Shown here piece by piece: positions 10,745 through 20,968 of a stretch of 64,000 nucleotides of DNA (position 1 is the first letter of the stretch; each line of letters begins with the position of its first letter). The DNA comes from Heterodontus francisci (Eukaryota): assembly GCF_036365525.1 (NCBI RefSeq), contig NC_090379.1:28449790-28513789 (forward strand), given 5' to 3'. Position numbers and translations under genes: made by a program. The notes under the pieces were generated by a model. That model was not told the DNA's origin, searched no databases, and saw nothing but the letters and a program-made list of their open reading frames with translations.

Positions 10745-11597
10745 GGACACAAAATGGCTGCAAAGAGATATAAACAGGTTAGATGAGTGGACAACAAGCT
10801 GGCAGATGGAGTATAATGTGTGGATATTATTGGCAGAGAGGGAGTGCAATGAAGGTTCACCAGACTTGTTCCCGGGATGGCATGTCTGTCCCATGAAGAG
10901 AGATTGGGGAAACTGGGCCTCTATTCTCTGGAGTTTCAAAGAATGAGAGCTGATCTGATTGAAACCTACAAAATACTTAAAGGGATAGACAGGGTAGATG
11001 CAGCTAAGATGTTTCCCCTGGTTGGGGAGTCTAGAACCAGGTGACACAATTTCAAAATAAGGGGAAAGCCACTTAGGACAGAGATGAGGTGAAATTGCTT
11101 TACTCAGAGGGTTGTGAATCTTTGGAATTCTCTACCCCAGAGGGCTGTGGAAGCTCAGTCACTGAGTATGTTTCAAGCAGAGATTGACAGATTTCCAAAT
11201 ACCAATGACATAAGGGGATATGAGGATAGTGTGGGAAAAAGGCATTGAAATGGATGATCAACCATGATCATATTGAATGGCGGGGTAGGCTTGATGGGCT
11301 GAATGGCCTACTCCTGCTCCTAAGTTCCTAAGTGTGAGGTTTTTCACTTTGGCAGTAAGAATAGAAAAGCGGAATATTTTTGGAAAGACGTGAAACTTCA
11401 AAATGTTGATGTGCAGAGACACTTGGATGTACTCGTACACAGAACACAGAAATTAGCATGCAGGTACAGCAAGCAATTCAGAAGTCAAATGGCATATTGG
11501 CCTTTATTGCAAAGGAATAGGAGAATAAGAACAAAGAAGTCTGCTACAGTTGTATAGGGCTTTGGTGAGACGGCACCTGGAGTACTGTGTGCAGTTT
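10745..11597 (+). mobile_element. CR1 3' fragments (two pieces, internally deleted)
   Basis: LQRDINRLDEW..WQMEYNV; CR1 3'UTR GGCTGAATGGCCTACTCCTGCTCCT. Confidence 0.8.
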
Positions 11598-12839
11598 TGT
11601 AAGTTTCAGGTAGATGTTACCTGAATAGAGGTGAGACAGAGGATACCCAACCCATCTCACCTTGGGATTCTTGACCACGCTAGATCTACAGGGTATGGAC
11701 TTATGTTCTTTAATCAAGTCAGAGCGTTTATTAAGTTAACTAAGGTTTACAAAGTTAATACTTAACAGCAATAGGTATGCAGCTAGAACTCAGTTCTTGC
11801 TTCTGAACTTGCTAGGGCACAGTCTTCTCTCCTCCTTCTTCTCTTGCTGTTGTCTGTTGACCGTGGTCTATCTTTTTCTTCTAAGTGTGCCAGCGATGGT
11901 CTGCTGACCCCTAAGTTTGCCAATGTGGTATCAAATCTCTTTTTATCCCTCTTAGGGTGCTCAGATCTTACCACATTAGGTTATGAATTTTTCCAGGTGT
12001 CCTAATTGGTCCAGATTGACATCATTGTTAGACCTTAGTTAGTTAATAGTTCAACATACACATTTTACAGATGTTTCCTTTTTCTTTCTACTTTAGGTCC
12101 TAAAGGTCATTCTTTCTGATGCCAACTATAAGGGTGGGGACTTGCCCCGGTACCCAAAAACGGCTCGAGAGTCGGATGTCTTGTTCAAATGAGCAATCTT
12201 TATTACGAGCATGCAAGGAAATGTCTTACTCTCTTGAATGCTCGTAGGGATTTTGCTAGTACAATGCTTGAGCAGTCATTTTATACACTTAGAGGAGGTT
12301 TACTTGACAAGCTGTTTCTTTAATTCCATCATCTCCCATCTACTGTCTTCTCTCATCCTGCCTTGATTATATTATTCACCTCATCTAATAGGAAAGCTTT
12401 TCTCAAGTTTCAGGGACCTAAATTACGTCAAGTATCCCATGATCCCCATATGCTAGCCTCCCCTTACAGACCCCACTTTTGGTCCTTGGCCAGTGCCTGG
12501 CCCAAGGTAGCCATTACCCTAGAATCCTCTGCCCATCGAATAATCCTGGAATCTTACCGGTTTCGATGAGCTTTGGATCCTTCCCCTGCATCCTCTTATG
12601 ACCTCACCTGTGCCTCAGTGACCAGGCTTAGCCTGGGATTGATGCTTTGTATTATTTTACATAAATTACAGCAATTTTAGTCAAGCCTGCAATACTCCCA
12701 GGGTACACCACTTCAGTTCCCCCTTTTGGCCCTTAGCTGCTACTAACGCGAAGTGCTCCTTGCTCCATCACTGTTGGCCAGACAGGCAGTTAGATTTGCA
12801 CAGTTACAATTTCTAAATTATGTCTAGCATCTCAATTTA

Positions 12840-13575
12840 GGTGCCAGGGTTCAACATTCAACCATAAGTCCGATAGCAATTAGCAACTGCACCACCACCA
12901 GTACATGGGAATCAATTCTAATCCAGGGGTGAACATCCACCCTAAATACCCCGGTTCCAAACTGTCTCCCACCATTATGCATCATCCAGTTGGGCTACCA
13001 CATCCTCTCCCAATTGTTTGACCTCCTGTTGGATTCAATGATACTGCTTTATTGCTGTCCGGGCCTCTTCCCTCACCTTCAGTAGATGTTCCAGCAGTTT
13101 AGGGATTTGCTTAGGGAAGCAGGTATCTCAACCAGTCCTCCATTAGATTGTCGGTTATATTCATCTACTCCCTATGGGGAAGCAGGATGTGAGTTATCGC
13201 TGACTGTCCGATTGTCGTTGGGGCCCGGGGGTGGAAGCAGAAACTTAAGTTGATCACTGGGCAGTGGATGTTACTGTACTGATATTGAGGCTCGCTGGTG
13301 GTCACACAGTATTCTCCTTCTCCGCAGTGTGCCACCTGCGTCAGTTCATGGCGCTGGAAATTTCAAGGGTACAGTTTAGGGTGGTATTGAAACCATGTGA
13401 GGTTCTTGTCCCTATCCCCATGGGATGTGGACAGACAACATTATTCCCTACACCCAGCCAGCGAAATCCTATGAGGAGGGATTCTCGGGTATCGTATTTG
13501 GGTACGAGGTAGTACTTTGGCCAATTACTATCTCCCAGGATCCCTGTATTCTCTACCCCGAGAAGGGTTTGGATG
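12840..13575 (-). pseudogene. env/fusion glycoprotein-like C-terminal remnant
   Basis: Manual translation across stops and frameshifts: VENTGILG..VVCPHP..NTTLNCTLE..AHCGEGEYCVTT..CPVINLSFCFHP..heptad IPKLLEHLLKVREEARTAIKQY..WWETVWN..TM HVLVVVQLLIAIGLMV. Confidence 0.7.
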
Positions 13576-15889
13576 CCCTTGGTTCTTTAGTGTTTTGCTA
13601 GCATGTTGGTTAAATTCAAATCTAACTTAAAATTCCATTTAAACATTGCTTTGCTCAATATGATTTAGAAGTCAGCAAGCTCATTGTACCTAACAGCTGT
13701 AATTCATTAATAAATACTGACTGGCTCTGCACAAATATTCTAGCAATTCAATTTTTTTTAAATTAAGAGTTACAACTGAATCAGTGAATCTGGCTGTGCA
13801 GTTCAGTCACGAAGCTAGCCAATGTGCTCATGTACACTTAATGGAATCCAACAATCTTTCTCGTTCAGGATACAAATAATGAACAGATTACCCAAAATGG
13901 GACCCTGCAGTCAACACTCACATTGGTTAGATAATTTAATCACAAATAACTTGAATAGAATTTAATCCAACAAGTAACGGCATACAGTTATAATAGGGAT
14001 TATAAAGTTAGAACTACAGTGGAATATATTGACGCTAGATTTATGCATGACTGCTTTAAGTATAAGGGAACCTTCATTGCCACGCTTTGCAACTTCAGGC
14101 ACTGCTGTTCCCCATTCCCAACTGCCCTGGGCTACTCCTTAGGCCTACTAGTTTGCTAACCATGACAGAAAGCTGTCCACGCACCCGATCGCAATTGGCA
14201 TAGCTCAAGTTCTTATACAACAGGCCTTGTTGGGTCCCCCAGTCAACCAACTTGGTTTCTTCCGCACTCGTGATTGCCAGCTATAGCAGTAATGGTCTTG
14301 TAAAAAGAGAACATCGCGGACGCCGGTCATCATCGGTTAGCCCTTATTATTCTTTGTGTTTCCTTATCCCTTGATCTGTGTCCAGTGTTTCCACTGGCCT
14401 TTCCCTTCCACATCCACACGTACAAGTGTAGCTTGTCTTCGGGACCTCGTAAGGACCTTGCCACTGAGTTGCTAAGCCTGGTTTTGCAAGTAGGACCCTA
14501 ACAATCACTTGGTCCCCGACTCCTGGCAACTTTTCCCTGTCCTTTAGAATAACTTACAAGTTCTGATGTTCCCGACTTAACCACATTTGAATTGCATCTT
14601 CTTCAATTTGCTGCAAAAGTTTGAAAGGCTAAAACTGGGTTTCTGCCAGACTTTTACAAGGCTCCAGATTTATTTTTATATTTGGAAAACAAACTGGAAC
14701 TTCATCCCCAGTTGCCAGTAGTTTGTGCCAGGATGTTTTAGTTTTAAAATCGCACTGAAAATCACAAATTCAAACACAAAACATTATGTGCCCAAATAAA
14801 ATAAATAAATCCACACACACCCGCAGACAGAAATGAGTAGCACGTGCGTTTAAAGGAAGGGAAACAGAAATAAATCAATTACATCAATGATTCCAATTCT
14901 CCTTTCTTCAAATGTCTGACTGCAAAACCCGGTAGGTGGCCTTAACATTGTCTCGCTCTTGCTCAGCTTTGCTACACCTTTGCTTCAGCAATCTCTCACC
15001 CGCCTCCCTCTTTTCCCATTCCCTGATATATCCACACAATATGTCTTCAGGAACTCCGCTCTCCCAGCCCACCGACCTGTCTCTTCTATATGCCTGGGTC
15101 ATTCCTCCCCTCGTTTATTCTTTTCTTTCTGTAATTGATTCTTTTTCCTGTCAACTATGGCACACCTATCTTCCTTAATTTAATCAATTCTAACTCCGAC
15201 TCTCTACACTTTTCCTCCTGCTGCTTACACTTAGCCTGATAATCCAACAGCCAGAATGCTTTAATTTGTCTGTCTTTACATGTTCTGCCTCACTGACAGG
15301 ATCATCCGAAATCTGTACAAAAGCAAAGCTTTCTAATAACTTAAACACTCCTCTTTATTGTAGCTTCTTCTTTTAACTTACACTAATTTAATACAACTTC
15401 AATCAAAGATGCTTCACACACATTCACATTTACCATTCAACAACTTCCGAACACACAAAGAGACCGAACACCAACATAGACTTGCACACACACACACACA
15501 CACGTTTTCCTTCTTTTGTCCTTTCAACAGCATTCACGGTACTTCCAATGTAATTTCTACCTATTGTTTTCTGAAACATGTTTCTATCTCTGGACTTGTT
15601 TCTGGACTCACTGTTAATTTGTTTCTGCTTTTGGGAATGTTTGTGGACTCGCCAGCAGAGTCCCATATAAGAATTGATAATGATCATAATTGCCTTATCC
15701 TTCTGACCTTTCTTTGGCCCTTCCACTATACTCTTTGTGCTTCTGGGGGGTCATTAGATTTCCACCCACCTTTTTTCATTTTACTGATCAAATTCTCATA
15801 TGTTACAAACCTGATAAGGGACCCCTCTGGTCCCCAATCTAGGTCTTCCACACTATTGGTCATTCTGTCAGGGTGTGGTCTGCCCAAAC

Positions 15890-16000
15890 GGTATTGACCT
15901 ACGGGATACCCTTTAAATTCCCAGGGTGATATTGACCTACGGGATGCCCTTTAAATCCTCTATGTGGTATATGGACCTCCAGCTTACCCTTTAAATCCCC
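15890..16000. repeat. 38-40 bp tandem repeat x3 in the LTR element leader
   Basis: TATTGACCTACGGGAT at 15892 and 15930; CCCTTTAAAT at 15909, 15947 and 15987. Confidence 0.8.
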
Positions 16001-16324
16001 TGTGCAGCTCGACCTCTTGTGAATGTCTGCTTTGCGGTCTCTCTTAGCACGGTCTCCTGCGCAGAAACGGCCTGCGAGATACCTCTAAATCCCCTGCGCG
16101 AATCTGCGTTGCGACTTTCTCAGCGCAGCTCTCTGCCCGATTCTCTCAACTCACGACCTACTACCCTGGCGCGCACTTTGATCGCTCGGCACTCGAGTCT
16201 CCAGGCATTGGTTCTTTAATACCTACTTAAAGTACTAGTCCCATGACTGTGAGGTAGACCTTTCCTAGCTATGGGTGGTGAAATAAAAGATACTCACCCC
16301 TTGATTAATCTCCTCACTGTCACA

Positions 16325-16342
16325 GTCCTGCCAACTACACCA
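16325..16342 (-). promoter_or_regulatory. Primer-binding site complementary to tRNA-Ser
   Basis: Close to the reverse complement of the vertebrate tRNA-Ser 3' end (TGGCGTAGTCGGCAGGAT, recalled) with two CpG-type transitions; 2 nt from the 5' LTR. Confidence 0.8.
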
Positions 16343-16892
16343 AATGTAAGGGTGAGGGCTTTCCCTGGTACCCAAAAACGCCTAGAGAGTAGGATGCCTT
16401 GCACAACCGAGCGATCTTTTTTACGAGCATGCAAGTCCTACTCTCAGGAATGATCGTAGGGATTCTGCTAGTACAATGTTTGAGCAGTCATTTTATACAG
16501 TTACAGGAGGTTTCCTTGACAAGCTGTTTCTTTAATTACATCATCTCCCATCTACTGTCTTCCCTAATCTCATCCTGCCTTGATTATATTTTTCACCTCG
16601 TCAACCTCTTGATTAGGTTATTCATGTGATTCGTGTGTCTAACAGGCAAGCTTTTCTCAAGTTTCAGGACCTAAGTTACACCATGATTCCCATAAGGCCA
16701 GTTTCCTCTTACATCAACCAATGCTGCAGTTTTACATTTATCTAATTTTGTCCCCTGTGAACAACTGCTAGGTCTCCAACCCATCTTTCCCATTGTTCTT
16801 ACACAAAGATTTAAACAAAGTACAGCCTTGAAAAACCATTTCATAATAAAGCAAGCATTAACTCAAACAGACTTCAATATATTTGTGTACAT

Positions 16893-18852
16893 CTTCTTCT
16901 TCTTTGGCCTCCTTGTCTCGGGAGACAATGGGTAAGCACCTGCAGGTGGTCAGTGGTTTGTGGTGCAGCGCCTGGAGTGGCTATAAAGGCCAAAACTAGA
17001 GTGACAGACTCTTCCACAGGTGCTGCAGATAAAATTGGTTGTCAGGGCTGTTTCGCAGTTGGGTCTCTCCTTGCACTTCTATCTTTTTTCCTGCCAACTG
17101 CTAAGTCTCTTCGACTCGCCACACTTGAGCCCCACCTTTATGGCTGCCCACCAGTTCTGGCAATCACTGGCAACTGACTCCCACGGCTTGTGATCAATGT
17201 CACAGGACTTCATGTCGCGTTTGCAGACGTCTTTAAAGCGAAGACATGGACGGCTGGTGGGTCTGATACCAGTGGCGAGCTCGCTGTACAGTGTGTCTTT
17301 GGGGATCCTGCCATCTTCCATGTGGCTCACATGGCCAAGCCATGTCAAGCGCCGCTGACTCAGTAGGGTGTATAAGCGGGGGATGTTGGCCACCTCGAGG
17401 ACTTCTGTGTTGGAGATACGGTCCTGCCACCTGATGCCAAGTATTCTCCGGAGGCAGCGAAGATGGAATGAATTGAGACGTCGATCTTGGCTGACATACG
17501 TTGTCCAGGCCTCGCTGCCATAGAGCAAGGTACTGAGGACACAGGCTTGACACACTCTGACTTTTGTGTTCCGTGTCAGTGCGCCATTTTCCCACACTCT
17601 CTTGACTAGTCTGGACATAGCAGCGGAAGCCTTTCCCATGCACTTGTTGATTTCTGCATCTAGAGACAGGTTACTGGTGATAGTTGAGCCTAGGTAGGTG
17701 AACTCTTGAACCACTTCCAGAGCGTGGTCGCCGATATTGATGGATGGAACATTTCTGATGTCCTGTCCCATGATGTACGTTTTCTTGAGGCTGATGGTTC
17801 GGCCAAATTCGTTGCAGGCAGCCGCAAACCTATTGATGAGACTCTGCAGACACTCTTCAGTGTGAGATGTTAAAGCAGCATCGTCAGCAAAGAGGAGTTC
17901 CCTGATGTGGACTTTCCGTACTTTGGTCTTCGCTCTTAGATGGGCAAGGTTGAACAACCTGCCCCCTGATCTTGTGTGGAGGTAAATTCCTTCTTCTGAA
18001 GACTTGAACGTATGTGAGAGCAGCAGGGAGAAGAAAATCCCAAACAGTGTGGGTGCGAGAACACAGCCCTGTTTCACACCACTCAGGATAGGAAAGGGGT
18101 CTGATGAGTTGCCGCTATGCTGAATTGTGCCTTTCATATTGTCATGGAATGAAGTGATGATGCTTAGTAGCTTTGGTGGACATCCAATCCTTTCTAGTAG
18201 TCTGAAGAGACCATGTCTGCTGACGAGGTCAAAGGCTTTGGTGAGATCAATGAAAGCAATGTAGAGGGGCATCTGTTGTTCGCGGCATTTCTCCTGTATC
18301 TGACGAAGGGAGAACAGCATGTCAATGGTCGATCTCACTGCACGAAAGCCACACTGTGCCTCAGGGTAGACGCGCTCGGTCAGCTTCTGGAGCCTGTTTA
18401 AAGCGACTCGAGCAAAGACTTTCCCCACTATGCTGAGCAGGGAGATTCCACGGTAGTGGTTGCAGTCACCGTGGTCACCTTTGTTTTTATCGAGGGTGAT
18501 GATATTGGCATCGCGCATGTCCTGAGGTATTGACTGCTCCCTCGTCCCAGCACAGGCAAAGCAGTTCATGTAGTGCTTCGAGTATAGCAGGCTTGGCACT
18601 CTTGATTATTTCAGGGGTAATGCTGTCCTTCCCAGGGGCTTTTCCACTGGCTAGAGAATCAATTGCATCACTGAGTTCCGGTTTTGTTGGCTGTACGTCC
18701 AGCTCATCCATGACTGGTAGAGGCTGGGCTGCATTGAGGGCAGTCTCAGTGACAACATTCTCCCTGGAGTACAGTTCTAGGTAGTGCTCAACCCAGCAGT
18801 CCATTTGCTTGCGTTGTTCAGTGATTATGTCCCTTGATTTAGATTTGAGGGG
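16893..18852 (-). mobile_element. RTE LINE, 5'-truncated, same family as 2017-6091
   Basis: 506-aa ORF nearly identical to the RT half of the 979-aa ORF; frameshift near 18530; (AAG)n tail. Confidence 0.93.
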
Positions 18853-18854
18853 TC

Positions 18855-20555
18855 TTTATTAATAGGGGTATAGAGTACAAGAGCAAGGAAGTTTCTGTTG
18901 AACTTGGATAAGACACTAGTTCGGCCTCAGCTGGAGTATTGCATCCAGTTCTGGACGCCGCACTTTAGGGAAGACGTGAGGGCATTGGAGAGAGTACAGA
19001 AAATATTCACGAGAATGCTTCCAGGGATGAGGAATTTCAGTTATGAAGTTAGATTAGAGAAGTTAGTACTATTTTCCTTGGAGAAGAGAAGACTGAGAGG
19101 TGATTTGATAGAGGTATTCAAAATCATGAGGGGTCTGGACAGAGTAAATAGAGAGAAACTGTTCCCACTCGTGCAAGGATCGGGAAGGAGAGGGCACAGA
19201 TTTAAAGTATTTGGTAAGAGAAGCAAAAGCGACATGAGGAAAAACTTTTTCACAAAGCGATTGGTTAAGGTCTGGAATGCACCGCCTGAGAAAGTGGTGG
19301 AGGCAGGTTCAAATGAAGCATTCAAAAAGGAAGATTGTGCAGGGTTACGGGGAGAAGCCGGGGGAATGGAACTGAGGGATTGCTCTTTCAGAGAGCCAGT
19401 CTAGACACGATGGGCCAAATGGCCTCCTTCTGCACTGTAACGATTCTGTGATTCTGTGATTCAGTGGCAGAAAGCAAAGGGTAATTGTTGACGGATGTTT
19501 TTGAGAATGGAAGGCTGTTTCCAGTGGCATTCTGCAGATCTCAATACTAGGTCTCCTGCTTTCTGTGGTATATGTTAACAATTTGGATGTAAATGCAGCG
19601 GGGGTGGGGGAGGTGGTGGATGATCAAGAAGTTTGCAGATGACACAAAAATTGGCCATGTGGTTGATAGCAATGAGGATAGCTGTAGGCTGCAGGAAGCT
19701 TTCGATGGACTCGTCAGATGGGCAGAAAAGTGACAAATGGAATTCAACCTAGAGAAGTGTGAGCTGATGCATTTGGGAAGGTCAAACAAGGCAAGGAAAT
19801 ACACGATAAATGGGAAAATAGTGAGAAATGTAGAGAAAGTGAAGGACCATAGAGTGAATGTCCACAGATCCCTGAAGGTAGCAGGACAGGTCGATAAGGT
19901 CATTAAGAAGGCATATGGAATCCTTTCCTTTATTAGCTGAGGTATAGGATATAAGAGCAGAGAGGTAATGCTGGGAATGTATAAATCATTAGGCTATGAG
20001 TTGAGTACTGTGTGCAGTTCTGGTCACCTCATTACAGAAAGGGTGTAATTACACTAGAGAGTGTACTGAGGAGATTTATAATGATGTTGCCGGGACTGGA
20101 AAATGCAGCTATGAGGAAAGGTTGGATAGGCTGGGGTTGTTCTCCTTGAAACAGAGAAGGCTGAAGGGAGATTTGATTGAAATGTACAAAATTGTGAGGG
20201 GCTTGGATAGAGTGGAGGTGAAGGGCATATCTACCTGAGCAGAGAGGTCAGTGACAAGGGGGCATGGATTTAAAGTGATTGGTAGAAAGATTAGAGGAGA
20301 GATGAGGAAAATATTTTCACCCAGAGGGTGGTGGGGGTCTGGAACTCATTGCCTGAAAAGATAGTAGAGGCAGAAACCCTCAAGTCATTTAAAAGGTGTC
20401 TGGATATGCATTTCAAGTGCCATAACCTGCAGGGCTATGGACCAAATGCTGGAAGGTGGGATTAGGCTGGGTGGCTCATTTTTCAGTCGGCGCAGACACA
20501 ATGGGCCAAGTGGTCTCTTTCTGTGCCATAAACTTTTTATAATTCTATGATTTTC
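18855..20555 (+). mobile_element. Two adjacent CR1 3' fragments (18855-19462 and 19463-20555)
   Basis: VRPQLEYCIQFW, KFADDTK; separate CR1 3'UTRs and tails. Confidence 0.85.
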
Positions 20556-20767
20556 TGTTCATAACTTCCCCTTTCTATTGTGGACTATCTGCAGTTCAGC
20601 ACACACACTCATCTCTCAACATTGACATATTTCAGTGAAGAGCAACGTCATGCTTTGCAATCCATTACATTTAGCCTTACAGAAAAAGTATTGCAAAGTT
20701 ATTCATAAAAGTAAGCCATGCAAATCTTCTAAACCTTACAGTTTTGGTTTCCATATTTAAGGAAGGA

Positions 20768-20968
20768 GACTGAGCGAGACCGACAGAGTTTAATAGTGCA
20801 GCGGCAGCAAGAAGGAGTGAGACTGAGTGAGGCCGGCAGAGTTTAAAAGTGCAGCGGCAGCGGGAAGGAGCGAGACTGTGCAAGACCGGCAGAGTTTACA
20901 AGCGCAGCGTCAGCGGGAAGGAGCGAGACTGAGTGAGACCGGCAGATTTTAAAAGTGCGGTGGCAGCG
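20768..20968 (+). repeat. 53-bp tandem monomers (~4 copies) at the CR1 5' end
   Basis: GAAGGAG recurs at 20811, 20864 and 20917. Confidence 0.9.

Larger units (their letters stand above)
12127..16713 (-). mobile_element. Defective LTR retroelement / endogenous retrovirus-like element with env remnant
   Basis: LTRs 16345-16713 (5') and 12127-12468 (3'); 5-bp TSD CCAAC/TCAAC; PBS TGGTGTAGTTGGCAGGAC (16325-16342); PPT AAAAGTGGGGTC (12469-12480); integrase tail WQGPYEV (14347-14529). Confidence 0.88.
11598..16803 (-). mobile_element. Probable solo LTR (11598-12126 plus 16714-16803) interrupted by a related LTR element
   Basis: TGTAAG...CTTACA termini; AATAAA on minus at ~11727-11732; no TSD recognised. 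Confidence 0.55.

Noticed and set aside
15409-15897. 162-aa plus-strand ORF
   Set aside because: Antisense to the LTR-element leader, contains a CA microsatellite, no recognisable domain.
20768-20968. CRISPR-like array
   Set aside because: Head-to-tail repeats without unique spacers, eukaryotic context, no cas genes.
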